DNA from: Paracoccaceae bacterium
Lineage (GTDB): Bacteria; Pseudomonadota; Alphaproteobacteria; Rhodobacterales; Rhodobacteraceae
Direction of reading: 5' to 3'
Assembly (NCBI GenBank): GCA_027030435.1
Contig: JALVEX010000118.1
Coordinates: 1 to 36,890 of the forward strand
Length of the DNA: 36,890 nucleotides
Part shown: piece by piece, positions 10,478-20,933 of the stretch
Position numbering within the stretch: position 1 is the first letter of the stretch
How the letters are laid out: each line of letters starts with the position of its first letter
Notes under the pieces: generated by a model
Told to the model about the DNA's origin: nothing
Databases searched by the model: none
The model's input: the letters and a program-made list of their open reading frames with translations, nothing else
Program-made: the position numbers and the translations under genes

Positions 10478-11770
10478 GTGCGTTTCAATATCCTCATGCT
10501 TGCAGCCCTGGCAATGATATCGGGCATGGTTACAGGCGCATTTGCCGCGCCGGAGATCTCACCCCGGCCAGTGGCAAGGCCCGCCTTCCCCCCCGGCATC
10601 GCGGGAATCGAGGGTAGCATCGTGGAAATCAGGGCAAGGAGGAGCAATCTGGCCTTTGACAATTGGATCGCTGGCTTTCGCCGCCGGGCACTTTCCCAAG
10701 GGATCAGCCCCGCCGTTTTCGATCGCGCCTTTCGCAACGTGCAATACAATACCTACGTGATCGAAAAGGATCGCAACCAATCGGAATTCACCAAACAGAT
10801 CTGGGACTATCTGGACAGCGCTGCATCCAAGAGCCGCATCAGGAACGGGCGCGCCGCCCTCAAGAGGCACAACCGCCTGCTGGAGCGCATCGAAAGGCGC
10901 TATGGCGTGGACAAGGAGATCGTGACGGCGATCTGGGGCCTTGAAAGCGCCTATGGAACCCACCGCGGCGATATTCCGGTCATCGAAGCCCTGGCAACGC
11001 TCGCTTTCGATGGCCGGCGCGGGCGCTTCTTCGAAGGCCAGCTCATCGCCGCCCTGAAGATCCTGCAAGCCGGTGACGTGACGCCCGCGCGGATGAAGGG
11101 CTCCTGGGCCGGCGCCATGGGCCACACCCAGTTCATCCCGACGAGCTACCTTGCCTTCGCTGTCGATTTCACCGGCGACGGCAAACGCGATATCTGGTCC
11201 GACGATCCGGCCGACGCCCTCGCGTCCACCGCCGCCTACCTCGCCCGCCACGGCTGGAAGAAGGGCCAGCCCTGGGGCATCGAAGTCCGCCTTCCCAAGG
11301 GCTTCGATTACCGCCTTTCAGGCGAGCGCATCAGGAAGCCTGTCTCGGAATGGATGGCCCTTGGCGTGCGCGATGCCAGCGGCCGCAAGATCCCCGAACA
11401 CGGCCCCGCCTCGATCCTTCTGCCGGCTGGCGCGCAGGGCGCGGCATTCATGATCTTCGAAAATTTCCACGTGATCGAGCGCTACAACACCGCCGATGCC
11501 TATGTGATCGCCGTCGGCCATCTTGCCGACCGCCTCCGGGGCGGCCCCGCGATCCGCCATGAATGGCCACGGGAAGACAGGCCTCTGAGCTTCACCGAAA
11601 AGAAGGAAATGCAGCGCCTCCTCACTGCCGCCGGCTTCGATACGGACGGCGCGGACGGCATCATCGGCCCGAAGACGATTGCCGCCGTCCGCTCCTTTCA
11701 GGCCACCATCGGCATGGTGCCCGATGGCTATGCAAGCTATACTATCCTGAAGCGCCTGCGTGCCCGCTGA
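10478..11770 (+). CDS. Lytic murein transglycosylase (MltB family) with C-terminal peptidoglycan-binding domain
   Basis: A signal peptide follows the GTG start (MRFNILMLAALAMISGMVTGAFA). The catalytic-Glu block WGLESAYG and MGHTQFIPTSY are present. The C-terminal PG_binding_1-like repeat reads LLTAAGFDTDGADGIIGPKTIAAVRSFQ. Confidence 0.8.
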   Translation: MRFNILMLAALAMISGMVTGAFAAPEISPRPVARPAFPPGIAGIEGSIVEIRARRSNLAFDNWIAGFRRRALSQGISPAVFDRAFRNVQYNTYVIEKDRNQSEFTKQIWDYLDSAASKSRIRNGRAALKRHNRLLERIERRYGVDKEIVTAIWGLESAYGTHRGDIPVIEALATLAFDGRRGRFFEGQLIAALKILQAGDVTPARMKGSWAGAMGHTQFIPTSYLAFAVDFTGDGKRDIWSDDPADALASTAAYLARHGWKKGQPWGIEVRLPKGFDYRLSGERIRKPVSEWMALGVRDASGRKIPEHGPASILLPAGAQGAAFMIFENFHVIERYNTADAYVIAVGHLADRLRGGPAIRHEWPREDRPLSFTEKKEMQRLLTAAGFDTDGADGIIGPKTIAAVRSFQATIGMVPDGYASYTILKRLRAR

Positions 11771-11847
11771 GCCCTTTCCTTCATCTTGGACGAAATACTC
11801 CGGGGTGAATTGCCCGGCACGGGCAAGAGGGGCAGCGCCCCTTCAAC

Positions 11848-12708
11848 TCAGCCCCGCCGCCGCACGCCCAGCTTCAGCATGAGATAGCGGTTGTATTTCT
11901 CAAAGGCCTCTGCCGTTCGCGTCCGCTGATTGAAGCGCTGATCGAGCCGTGCGCGCTTGCGCTCGCTCAGCAGCAGCCGCATGGCACGGTGCAAGGCCCA
12001 GCGCAGCTTCGGACGGCTGCGGGCGAGTTCCTCGTCCACCCGCCCGATCCCGTAGCCGAGAACATTGAAGAACCCCTGCTCCAGTTCCACCGAAGGTGCG
12101 ACGGACGCGGTGATGTCTTTTTCATGCAGAATCTCCAGCGGCATCGCCTCCAGTGTCGAAAGAAACCGGCGGACATGATGCCCGCCCCCCACCGTGGCTT
12201 TCGTTCCCCCCGCCGAAAAGGCATCCGAGCGGAAACAATCGGCGATGATGATCTCTCCACCGTCTTTCAGCAATGCTGAGGATTTCTCCAGCGCGATGGC
12301 AACCGGAATATACTGGAAGCTCTCGGAAAACAGGCAGATATCGAATCCGCCCTCGCCCTCGAAATCCTCGAAGCGGCATTCATGCACGCGCGCGCCGGGT
12401 GCGTTCTCGCGGCAGCGGGAGGCAAGGAATGCACTCGGCACCACGATTTCCACTTCATGGTCGAGCGCCAGCAGCTTCTTTGCCGTCTCCCCCGCGCCGC
12501 CGCCGATATCGAGGATGCGCAGCCGCCCCTCCGGAAGCAGGCGAAACAGCTTCTCCGTATAGGCATCCTGGGCGCGGCGCAGGTTGGCGGCCGTCACCTC
12601 AAGGCCGTCCCACAGGCCGTAGTGGAGATTTTCGGCACCCGTCAGCCACTTGATGAAGGCGAGCCCCACATCGAGCCCCACCGCACGGGTATCCGGTTTT
12701 CTCGCCAT
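11848..12708 (-). CDS. Class I SAM-dependent methyltransferase
   Basis: SAM-binding motif I (ILDIGGGAGETA) is present, and the downstream acidic residue and loop pattern is typical of the Rossmann methyltransferase fold. The substrate is unknown. Confidence 0.7.
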   Translation of the reverse strand: MARKPDTRAVGLDVGLAFIKWLTGAENLHYGLWDGLEVTAANLRRAQDAYTEKLFRLLPEGRLRILDIGGGAGETAKKLLALDHEVEIVVPSAFLASRCRENAPGARVHECRFEDFEGEGGFDICLFSESFQYIPVAIALEKSSALLKDGGEIIIADCFRSDAFSAGGTKATVGGGHHVRRFLSTLEAMPLEILHEKDITASVAPSVELEQGFFNVLGYGIGRVDEELARSRPKLRWALHRAMRLLLSERKRARLDQRFNQRTRTAEAFEKYNRYLMLKLGVRRRG

Positions 12709-12759
12709 GCTCTCACCTCCTCGAACACTGCGGAGGCCTTAGCAACATGGCGCGGGAAA

Positions 12760-13254
12760 TTAAAGATGCGAAAGATGCGGGGCGAATTCCTCGAACACGG
12801 TGCGATAGACATCCCGCTTGAAGGGAACGATCCGCCCGATCAGCTCATCTGGCGCCATCCAGCGCCAGGCGGAGAACTCGGGATGGGCGGTTCGGATGTC
12901 AATCGCGCTGTCATCGCCAAGAAAGCGCATGAGATACCACAACTGACGCTGGCCTCTGTAGCGCCCCTTCCAGATGCGCGGCACGAGATCGGGCGGCAGA
13001 TCATAGGTGAGCCAATCGCGAGACCGGGCCTCGATGCGCACGAGATCGGGGCTCACCCCGGTTTCCTCCTCAAGCTCGCGCAGCGCGGCGGCCTCCGGCG
13101 CCTCGCCCTCGTCGATCCCGCCCTGGGGCATCTGCCAGGCATCGCCAGGGTTGTCGAGCCGCTGGCCGGCAAACACAAGTCCTTGCGGATCGGCAAGCAC
13201 GATCCCAACGTTGCGCCGATAGGGAAGGCGTGAAAGATCCGGCTGTTCCGTCAT
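12760..13254 (-). CDS. rppH: RNA pyrophosphohydrolase (Nudix hydrolase RppH)
   Basis: The product has the Nudix box [23 protein letters not shown], the RppH-like N-terminus YRRNVGIVL, and WRWM in the C-terminal half. The start is placed at the internal ATG (MTEQPD...). Confidence 0.85.
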   Translation of the reverse strand: MTEQPDLSRLPYRRNVGIVLADPQGLVFAGQRLDNPGDAWQMPQGGIDEGEAPEAAALRELEEETGVSPDLVRIEARSRDWLTYDLPPDLVPRIWKGRYRGQRQLWYLMRFLGDDSAIDIRTAHPEFSAWRWMAPDELIGRIVPFKRDVYRTVFEEFAPHLSHL

Positions 13255-13313
13255 CCTGCCGTGTCCTGCTCTGCGAAGGAGGCGGGCCGCCCGGCGCGGG
13301 CGGCCCGGCCATA

Positions 13314-14657
13314 TCATTCCTGAGGTTTCAAGACCTTGAGACCATGCAGAAGATCAACTGCGTAGGAAAGCTGGAAATCCTCCTCTCGCAGCTTGGCGGC
13401 AGCTTCCGCGGCAGCCGCCTCCTCCTCGAGCTGGCGACGCTCTTCCTCGCTCATGGAATCATTTTCCAGCACCCCGCGAAGATCCGCCTCGCTGCGCAGC
13501 TTCGGCCCCTTGGGCTGATCCGCCTCGGCGGTCTTGTCTTCAGGCTTGCGCGGTGGCTGGAGCACGACGATATCCGGGATCACGCCAAGCGCCTGAATGG
13601 AACGGCCCGATGGGGTGTAATAACGTGCGGTTGTGAGGCGCATCGCGCCGCCGTTCTTCAGCGGCATGACTGTCTGGACGGAGCCCTTGCCGAAGCTCTT
13701 CGTGCCCACGACAACCGCGCGGCGGTGATCCTTGAGCGCCCCGGCCACGATCTCGGACGCCGAGGCAGAGCCCCCATTGATGATGACGACGATCGGCTTG
13801 CCCTGGGCCAGATCGCCCGGCGTGGCATTCCAGCGATCGCCATCCTCCGGGTTGCGCCCGCGGGTGGAAACGATCTCGCCCTTGTCGAGGAAGGCATCGG
13901 CCACCTTGATTGCCTGGTTGAGCAGACCGCCAGGGTTGTTGCGCAGATCGATCACGAAGCCTTCCACATTCTCGATCCCGCCAAGCTCCTCGATGGATTT
14001 GCGAATACCTTCCTGGAGATTGGGATAAGTCTGATCGTTGAAGGTGGTGATCCTGAGCACCACCGTCTTGCCTTCGGTGCGGGCCTTCACGGCCGTGAGC
14101 TTGATCGTGTCGCGCACCAGCGTGACATCAAACGGCTCTTCCTCGCCCTTGCGCACGATGGTGATGACGATCTCCGAACCCACCGGCCCGCGCATAAGCT
14201 CAACCGCCTTGTCGAGCGTGAGGCCGAGCAGGCTTTCCCCGTTCACATGGGTGATGAAATCTCCCGATTTGATGCCCGCCTTCGCGGCCGGCGTGCCATC
14301 GATCGGCGAAACCACCTTGACGAAACCATCCTCCATGGTGACCTCGATCCCGAGCCCGCCGAACTGGCCCCGAGTCTGGACCTGCATGTCATCGAAATCC
14401 TTGGGGGGGACATAGCTCGAATGGGGATCGAGGGAAGTCAGCATGCCGTTGATCGCTGCTTCGATCAGCTTTTCCTCATCCACCGGCTCCACGTAATTGG
14501 CCCGGATGCGCTCGAATATGTCGCCAAACAGATCGAGCTGCTCATAGACATTCGTGGTGCGCTCGGCTTCCTGTGCGATCAGGGGTGCCGCGATCTGGGT
14601 TGTCATGATCGCGCCGGCAAGCGTGCCGCCGATTATCGCCATAAGGGATTTCTTCAT
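13314..14657 (-). CDS. ctpA: Carboxy-terminal processing protease (S41 family) with PDZ domain
   Basis: S41 blocks are present: GGLGIEV (PDZ), [22 protein letters not shown] (catalytic Ser) and [10 protein letters not shown] (catalytic Lys). The start is placed at MKKSLMA (signal/anchor). Confidence 0.85.
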   Translation of the reverse strand: MKKSLMAIIGGTLAGAIMTTQIAAPLIAQEAERTTNVYEQLDLFGDIFERIRANYVEPVDEEKLIEAAINGMLTSLDPHSSYVPPKDFDDMQVQTRGQFGGLGIEVTMEDGFVKVVSPIDGTPAAKAGIKSGDFITHVNGESLLGLTLDKAVELMRGPVGSEIVITIVRKGEEEPFDVTLVRDTIKLTAVKARTEGKTVVLRITTFNDQTYPNLQEGIRKSIEELGGIENVEGFVIDLRNNPGGLLNQAIKVADAFLDKGEIVSTRGRNPEDGDRWNATPGDLAQGKPIVVIINGGSASASEIVAGALKDHRRAVVVGTKSFGKGSVQTVMPLKNGGAMRLTTARYYTPSGRSIQALGVIPDIVVLQPPRKPEDKTAEADQPKGPKLRSEADLRGVLENDSMSEEERRQLEEEAAAAEAAAKLREEDFQLSYAVDLLHGLKVLKPQE

Positions 14658-15838
14658 TGCGTCCGTTCCTTGTCCAATACGAACCACTCTTCGGGGTTCA
14701 CGGGCTCCCTGCCCTTTCTCAATTCAAGATAGAGCGTCTGTGAACGCTCCGGCGCGGAAGCGCTCACCTCCGCCTGCCCCTGCCCGGCAACCGGATCCTC
14801 GCCTCCTGGCCCCATCAGCCCGAGCGGCGCACCGGCCTCCACGACCTGGCCTGTTTCTCCGAATACCTGATTAAGCCCTGCAAGCACCAGAAGATAGCCC
14901 CCGGAAGGCTCAAGGATGATTACATTTCCGTAATCAAGAAGCGGGCCGCGGTAGCGGATCGTTGCAGCCGATGGCGAGATTACGAGAGCATTTTCCCGCG
15001 CTGCGATCACAAGCCCCGGGCGGCGGATACCTGCGGCATCGGCTTCGTTGTAGCCGTGCAGAAGCGTGCCGGCAACCGGGAGAGGAAGCAGGCCGCGCAG
15101 GGATTCGAAATCCACCGGCTCCAGCACTGCCCCGAGCGGCCCCTGACTCTGCAACAGGCCTTCCGCAAAGGCCGTGAGGGTCTGGCTGCTTTCGATGAGG
15201 AGCGCCGTTTTCACCGGATCATCGGCAAAGCGGCGTGGCAGATCGCGCCGCTGCGAAACGGCGCGGGAAAGGGCAATGCGCGCCTTATGGACTTCCTGCA
15301 AGCCTTGCCGAAGCTTCTCCGCCGAGCTTTCCTGAACGGCTTTCAGAAGGCGCAGTTCGTCAAGCTCGGCCTTCAGTTCGCCAGCCCTCTGCCGCAGCGC
15401 CGGGGTCAGTTCGGCAACGAGCATCCCGGCGCGCGCCGTGGCAACTGCCCCCTCGGGATGCAGCAGCAGAGCGGGGCGGGGGGTTGCCTCGATCTGCTGG
15501 AGCGCAGCTAGAAGGGCCGATATATCTGCGGAGCGGGCTTCCAGCTTCATGCGGATCGCGGCTTCCCGGATGGCGGCGCGGCGCAGGCCTTCGCGCATGG
15601 CCTGAAGGCCATCCTCATAGGCGCGTATGGTGCGCGTGAGGGCCTTGATCCTGTCGCGCGCGCTCTCTGCCTCTGCGAGATCCGCAGCCGCTTCCTCGAG
15701 CTTGCGGGCCGCCGCCTGCGCCGCGCGCGCGATCTCCTCGCCGCCGCCTGCCGCCAAAGCAGAGCGCAGCGGGGCCGCGGTAGCAATGACAAGAGCCAGC
15801 GCACAAAGCGCCCCCCGTGCCGCCCGGCCCGCTCTCAT
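14654..15838 (-). CDS. EnvC-like murein hydrolase activator (coiled coil plus degenerate LytM/M23 domain)
   Basis: The product has a signal peptide and a long Ala/Glu/Arg-rich coiled-coil region. Its C-terminal LytM-like domain lacks the metal-binding histidines: RRPGLVIAA stands where HxxxD is expected, and TLYLELRKGREPVNP where HLHFE is expected, as in E. coli EnvC. Confidence 0.7.
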   Translation of the reverse strand: MRAGRAARGALCALALVIATAAPLRSALAAGGGEEIARAAQAAARKLEEAAADLAEAESARDRIKALTRTIRAYEDGLQAMREGLRRAAIREAAIRMKLEARSADISALLAALQQIEATPRPALLLHPEGAVATARAGMLVAELTPALRQRAGELKAELDELRLLKAVQESSAEKLRQGLQEVHKARIALSRAVSQRRDLPRRFADDPVKTALLIESSQTLTAFAEGLLQSQGPLGAVLEPVDFESLRGLLPLPVAGTLLHGYNEADAAGIRRPGLVIAARENALVISPSAATIRYRGPLLDYGNVIILEPSGGYLLVLAGLNQVFGETGQVVEAGAPLGLMGPGGEDPVAGQGQAEVSASAPERSQTLYLELRKGREPVNPEEWFVLDKERTQ

Positions 15839-17352
15839 TCGATCAGGCTCCTGCCTGTCATTTCGGGAGGCGCTTCGAGCCCCATGAGATCAAGGAGCGT
15901 CGGTGCAAGATCGCTGAGCCGCCCATCGCGCAGCTGCGCCCCCGAGGGTCCGCCGACAAGGATCACCGGCACCGGATTGGTGGTGTGGGAAGTGTGGGGC
16001 CCGCCGGTGACGGGATCGAGCATCATCTCGCAATTTCCATGATCGGCTGTGACGATCATCGCGCCCCCGGCCTCTTCAAGTGCTTCGAGCGCGCGGCCAA
16101 GCCCGTGATCCACCGCCTCCACCGCCTTGATCGCAGCGGGAAGATCGCCGGTATGGCCGACCATATCGGGATTTGCGTAATTCACCACGATCAGATCATA
16201 CCCCTTGCCGATCGCCTCCACCAGATGATCGGTGACCTCGGGCGCCGACATCTCGGGCTGCAGATCGTAGGTCGCCACCTTGGGGCTTGGCGCCATATAG
16301 CGATCCTCGCCCTTCTCGGGCTCTTCCTTGCCGCCATTGAGGAAGAAGGTCACATGCGGGTATTTCTCCGTCTCGGCGAGGCGGAACTGGCGCAGGCCGT
16401 GCTTCGCCACCCAAGCGCCGAGCGTGTTTTCAAGATTGCGCTTGGGGAAGACCGTGCGCATGTATTCATTGTGCCGGTCTGAATATTCGACCATCCCAAG
16501 AAGCGCAGAGAGCTTTGGCCGGCCGCTCACATCGAAGCAGTCGAAGCCGGGCTCGCCGATGGCGCGCAGGATCTCGCGGGCACGGTCAGAGCGGAAATTG
16601 AGCATGAAAAAGCCATCGCCATCGCGCATGCCCGGGTAATCCCCGATCACCGTGGGCGTGATGAATTCATCCGTTTCGCTGCGTGCATAGGCAGCTTCAA
16701 TGGCAGAGAGCGGATCCTCCGCCTTCAGCCCATCCCCCTTCACGATCGCCCGCCAGGCCTTCTCGACCCGCTCCCAGCGGTTATCGCGGTCCATGGCAAA
16801 GTAGCGGCCGATCACGGTGGCCACCCGCGCGCCCTCGGGGAGACGATCGAGAAGTTCGCGCATGAAATGGGCGGCGGATTTGGGCGCCACGTCGCGCCCG
16901 TCCGTGATCGCATGGATCCAGACGGGCACCCCGGCTTCGCGGACAGCCCTTGCCGCAGCGATTATGTGATCGAGATGGCCGTGCACCCCGCCATCGGAAA
17001 CCACGCCGAAGAGATGCGCTGCCCCGCCCGCAGCCTTCACGGCGGCGATGAAATCGCGAAGGGCCTCGTTGCGGAAGAAGGAGCCATCCTCGATCGCGAG
17101 ATCGATCATGCCCAGATCCATCGGCACGATGCGCCCGGCGCCGATATTCATGTGGCCGACTTCCGAATTGCCCATCTGCCCGCGCGGCAGCCCCACATCG
17201 CGCCCATGGGTGACAAGCGTCGCATTCGGGCAGCTGGCCATGATGCGATCGAAATGCGGGGTATTCGCAAGCGCGGGCGCGTTTGCCTCGCTGTCGGCCC
17301 GCAGGCCCCAACCATCGAGAATGCACAGAACGACAGGTTTGCGGTTTGTCAT
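15835..17352 (-). CDS. gpmI: 2,3-bisphosphoglycerate-independent phosphoglycerate mutase
   Basis: The 505-aa product has ILDGWG near the N-terminus, the catalytic-Ser block MGNSEVGHMNIGAGR, and GHTG plus TADHGN in the C-terminal phosphatase domain. Confidence 0.92.
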   Translation of the reverse strand: MTNRKPVVLCILDGWGLRADSEANAPALANTPHFDRIMASCPNATLVTHGRDVGLPRGQMGNSEVGHMNIGAGRIVPMDLGMIDLAIEDGSFFRNEALRDFIAAVKAAGGAAHLFGVVSDGGVHGHLDHIIAAARAVREAGVPVWIHAITDGRDVAPKSAAHFMRELLDRLPEGARVATVIGRYFAMDRDNRWERVEKAWRAIVKGDGLKAEDPLSAIEAAYARSETDEFITPTVIGDYPGMRDGDGFFMLNFRSDRAREILRAIGEPGFDCFDVSGRPKLSALLGMVEYSDRHNEYMRTVFPKRNLENTLGAWVAKHGLRQFRLAETEKYPHVTFFLNGGKEEPEKGEDRYMAPSPKVATYDLQPEMSAPEVTDHLVEAIGKGYDLIVVNYANPDMVGHTGDLPAAIKAVEAVDHGLGRALEALEEAGGAMIVTADHGNCEMMLDPVTGGPHTSHTTNPVPVILVGGPSGAQLRDGRLSDLAPTLLDLMGLEAPPEMTGRSLIE

Positions 17353-17356
17353 CGGA

Positions 17357-17410
17357 TGCCCTTTTGCGGATCGCGCAGCCCGTATCTATGCCCCCGCCCG
17401 CAAAAGGGCA
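17357..17410. repeat. 13-bp perfect inverted repeat in the rlmH-gpmI spacer
   Basis: tgcccttttgcgg (17357-17369) is the exact reverse complement of ccgcaaaagggca (17398-17410), with a 28-nt spacer. The repeat lies between the rlmH stop (17422) and the gpmI start (17352). Confidence 0.6.
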
Positions 17411-17421
17411 AGCAGACGCCT

Positions 17422-17892
17422 TCAGGCGCGGTGATAGGGCGCGCCCGCCAGAATGGAGGAAGCGCGATAGAGCTGTTCGCTCAGCATCACCCGCGCCAGC
17501 ATGTGCGGCCAGACCATACTTCCGAACGATAGCCTGAAATTCGCCTTGTCGCGCAGTTCGGGCAGGAGCCCGTCGGCACCGCCGATGAGAAAGGCGAGAT
17601 CGCCGCGCCCCTCGTCGCGCCAGCCGGCGATGCGCCCGGCGAAATCGGGCGAGGAGAGCAGCTTGCCGCGTTCGTCCAAAGCGCAGATCACGGCGCCCTT
17701 GGGTATCACCCGCCCAAGCAGCTCCGCTTCCTCGCGCATTCCGCCCCCCTTGCGTGCCTCCACCTCATGCACCGCGACAGGCCCGAGGCCGAGCGCGCGC
17801 CCGCTGCGTTCGAAACGGTGCAGGTAATCCTCGATCAATTCCCGCTCCGGGCCGCCCCTGAGGCGCCCCACGGCGCAGATATGCAGCCGCAT
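17422..17892 (-). CDS. rlmH: 23S rRNA (pseudouridine1915-N3)-methyltransferase
   Basis: The 156-aa SPOUT-type protein has an RlmH-like sequence (LDERGKLLSSPDFA and SFGSMVWPHMLARVMLSEQLYRA). It sits directly downstream of rsfS, as in most bacteria. Confidence 0.9.
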   Translation of the reverse strand: MRLHICAVGRLRGGPERELIEDYLHRFERSGRALGLGPVAVHEVEARKGGGMREEAELLGRVIPKGAVICALDERGKLLSSPDFAGRIAGWRDEGRGDLAFLIGGADGLLPELRDKANFRLSFGSMVWPHMLARVMLSEQLYRASSILAGAPYHRA

Positions 17893-17895
17893 CCC

Positions 17896-18291
17896 TCAGG
17901 CGGAGGCGCCGGGCGCACCCGATTGCCACATCTTTTCAAGCTGATAGAAAGCCCGCACTTCCGGGCGGAAAACATGCACGATCACATCGCCCGCATCGAT
18001 CAGCACCCAATCGCCCTGATCCTGGCCCTCCACCTTGCAGCGGTAGCCAAGAAGCTCCTTCAGGCGATCCACGAGCTTTTCCGATATGGCGGAAACCTGA
18101 CGCGTGGAGCGGCCAGAGCAGATCACCATGTAATCGGCGATCTCCGATTTTCCGTGCAGATCGATGGTGACGGCATCTTCCGCCTTGTCACTTTCCAGGG
18201 ATTTCAGAATGCGCTTCAGCAGCTTCTCGCTGGAAACATCCACTGGCGCGCCCGCTCCGGCAACGCCAGGCATGGCCTCTTGTGCGGCCAT
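17896..18291 (-). CDS. rsfS: Ribosome silencing factor
   Basis: The RsfS core is present (ILKSLESDKAEDAVTIDLHGKSEIADYMVICSGRSTRQV and WVLIDAGDVIVHVFRPEVRAFYQLEKMW). The start is uncertain: ATGs at 18393, 18291 and 18273 are all in frame. Confidence 0.8.
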   Translation of the reverse strand: MAAQEAMPGVAGAGAPVDVSSEKLLKRILKSLESDKAEDAVTIDLHGKSEIADYMVICSGRSTRQVSAISEKLVDRLKELLGYRCKVEGQDQGDWVLIDAGDVIVHVFRPEVRAFYQLEKMWQSGAPGASA

Positions 18292-18842
18292 ATCGGCTGA
18301 GTGAGACAGGGTTTTCCCTCCTTCATAGCACACCGGAAAATCGCCCCGGTGCAGGCCTGAACTGAAAATAGCATCGGCTCGCGGAAATCTCAATCACGCC
18401 GGAAGATACCAAAATGACATTCCAATCAGCACGTCGTGTTTTCATCCCTGCCCAGCATGGTTCGGCCACGGAAGCGGGGATCATCACCCGCCCCTTTCCC
18501 ATCCCGCCATGATCCTGCCTCCGATCCGCCGATACAGCCGATCCAATCTGTACAGGCATGCCGGATATTTCAGCGCCCTGCGAGGCCCAGCCTGCCGCGG
18601 GATCATGAGCGAGCGCGGCGCGGGCAGGCATGGCCGCCCAGCGCCTGAGGATATCGATCCGTTTGCCTTGCCCCAGCGCGATGCAGATAGTAAATCGCTT
18701 GCATGATTCTTGTTTTCGACATGGATGACCGCGCGCGCCTGCCCTGGCGATTCTTCGGCGCGTCTCTCTCTGTGCTGGCCCGCCCGTGAGGCGCGGCCCC
18801 CTGAATCCATCCGCACAGCCTGACAATCACGGGAGAGGACCA

Positions 18843-20249
18843 ATGACCGCCCCGAAAACGCTTTATGACAAGATATGGGATGCCCATCTCGTCGAGGAAT
18901 CCGAAGATGGCACCAGCCTGATCTACATCGACCGTCACCTCGTGCATGAGGTTACCAGCCCGCAGGCCTTCGAAGGGCTGCGCATGGCCGGCCGCAAGGT
19001 GCGTGCGCCGGAGAAGACCATCGCCGTGCCCGATCACAACGTGCCCACCACGCCCGACCGCGAGAAAGGTATCGAAAACGAGGAAAGCCGCATCCAGGTG
19101 GAGGCGCTGGACAGGAACGCGCGCGAATTCGGCATCCACTACTATCCGGTCAATGACATCCGCCAGGGAATCGTGCATATCGTCGGCCCCGAACAGGGCT
19201 GGACGCTTCCTGGCATGACTGTCGTCTGCGGCGACAGCCACACCGCCACCCACGGCGCCTTCGGAGCCCTCGCCCATGGGATCGGCACCTCGGAGGTGGA
19301 GCATGTGCTCGCCACCCAGACCCTGATCCAGAAGAAATCGAAGAACATGAAGGTGGAGATCACGGGCAGGCTCCAGCCCGGCGTTACCGCCAAGGATGTG
19401 ACCCTTGCCATCATTGGCGCCACCGGCACAGCGGGCGGCACCGGCCATGTGATCGAATATTGCGGCGACGTGATCCGCGATCTTTCCATGGAAGGGCGCA
19501 TGACGGTCTGCAACATGGCGATCGAAGGCGGCGCCCGCGCCGGGCTGATCGCGCCCGACGAAAAGACATTCGAATACATCAAGGGCCGCCCCCACGCCCC
19601 GAAGGGCGCGCAATGGGAAGCGGCGATGGCCTGGTGGCAGACGCTGTTTACCGATGAGGATGCGGAATTCGACAAGGTGGTGACACTGAAAGGCGAGGAT
19701 ATCGCGCCCGTCGTCACCTGGGGCACGAGCCCCGAGGATGTGCTGCCGATCACCGCCGAGGTGCCCGATCCCGAGAGCTTCGAGGGCGGCAAGGTGGATG
19801 CCGCACGCCGGGCGCTTGAATACATGGGGCTGAAGCCGGGCCAGAAGCTCACCGATATCGAGATCGATACCGTATTCATCGGCTCCTGCACCAACGGGCG
19901 CATCGAGGATCTGCGCGCCGCGGCCGAGATCCTGAAGGGGAAGAAGATCAAGGAAGGCATCCGCGCCATGGTGGTGCCAGGCTCGGGGCTGGTGCGTGCC
20001 CAGGCCGAGGAGGAGGGGCTGGCGCAGATCTTCATAGATGCCGGTTTCGAATGGCGCCTCGCGGGCTGCTCCATGTGCCTTGCCATGAACCCCGATCAGC
20101 TTTCCCCCGGCGAGCGCTGCGCCGCCACCTCTAACCGTAATTTCGAGGGCCGGCAGGGGAAGGGCGGGCGCACCCATCTGATGAGCCCCGCCATGGCCGC
20201 CGCCGCGGCAATCACCGGCCGGCTCACCGACGTGCGCGAATTGATGTAA
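18843..20249 (+). CDS. leuC: 3-isopropylmalate dehydratase large subunit
   Basis: Aconitase-family blocks are present: [35 protein letters not shown] and [10 protein letters not shown]. The start is set at ATG 18843 ([15 protein letters not shown]), preceded by gggagagg. Confidence 0.95.
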   Translation: MTAPKTLYDKIWDAHLVEESEDGTSLIYIDRHLVHEVTSPQAFEGLRMAGRKVRAPEKTIAVPDHNVPTTPDREKGIENEESRIQVEALDRNAREFGIHYYPVNDIRQGIVHIVGPEQGWTLPGMTVVCGDSHTATHGAFGALAHGIGTSEVEHVLATQTLIQKKSKNMKVEITGRLQPGVTAKDVTLAIIGATGTAGGTGHVIEYCGDVIRDLSMEGRMTVCNMAIEGGARAGLIAPDEKTFEYIKGRPHAPKGAQWEAAMAWWQTLFTDEDAEFDKVVTLKGEDIAPVVTWGTSPEDVLPITAEVPDPESFEGGKVDAARRALEYMGLKPGQKLTDIEIDTVFIGSCTNGRIEDLRAAAEILKGKKIKEGIRAMVVPGSGLVRAQAEEEGLAQIFIDAGFEWRLAGCSMCLAMNPDQLSPGERCAATSNRNFEGRQGKGGRTHLMSPAMAAAAAITGRLTDVRELM

Positions 20250-20260
20250 GGATTGCAAAG

Positions 20261-20866
20261 ATGGAAAAGTTCACCACCCTCACCGGCGTTGCCGCCCCGC
20301 TGCCGCTGATCAATGTCGATACCGACATGATCATCCCCAAGCAGTTCCTGAAAACCATCAAGCGGTCGGGGCTCGGAAAGAACCTGTTTGACGAGATGCG
20401 CTATCTCGAGGACGGCAGCGAAAACCCGGATTTCGTGCTGAACAAGCCCGCCTACCGCAATGCCGAAATCCTGATCGCAGGCGAGAATTTCGGCTGCGGC
20501 TCCTCGCGCGAACATGCCCCCTGGGCACTCTTGGATTTCGGCATCCGCTGCATCATCGCGCCGAGCTTTGCCGACATCTTCTACAACAACTGCTTCAAGA
20601 ACGGCATCCTGCCGATCGTGCTTCCTCAGGAGCAGGTTGACGAATTGATGCGCGAAGCCGAAAAGGGCGAGAATGCGCGCATGACGGTGGATCTCGAGAA
20701 TCAGGAAATAACCACCTCGGAGGGCAAGACCTTCCGATTCGAGATCGATTCCTTCAAGAAACATTGCCTGCTCGAAGGGCTGGATGATATCGCGCTCACC
20801 ATGGCCAGGATCGACTCGATCGCCGAATATGAACGCAAGATGGCGCTTGAAAGGCCTTGGGTCTAG
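20261..20866 (+). CDS. leuD: 3-isopropylmalate dehydratase small subunit
   Basis: The LeuD signature [17 protein letters not shown] is present, and the gene starts 11 nt downstream of leuC. Confidence 0.95.
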   Translation: MEKFTTLTGVAAPLPLINVDTDMIIPKQFLKTIKRSGLGKNLFDEMRYLEDGSENPDFVLNKPAYRNAEILIAGENFGCGSSREHAPWALLDFGIRCIIAPSFADIFYNNCFKNGILPIVLPQEQVDELMREAEKGENARMTVDLENQEITTSEGKTFRFEIDSFKKHCLLEGLDDIALTMARIDSIAEYERKMALERPWV

Positions 20867-20905
20867 ACCATTAGCGTTTCCAGGAAAACCCAGCACAAGA
20901 TGTTG

Positions 20906-20933
20906 AGAGGCCCGATTTTCCGGGCCTCTTTTT
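20906..20933 (+). terminator. Rho-independent terminator after leuD
   Basis: A 9-bp stem, agaggcccg (20906-20914) / cgggcctct (20921-20929), has a 6-nt loop and is followed by a T-run (20929-20933). Confidence 0.7.

Noticed and set aside
18703-18789. A 28-codon upstream ORF before leuC, considered as a leucine leader peptide.
   Set aside because: It contains no tandem Leu codons, and I could not identify a convincing terminator/antiterminator pair after it.
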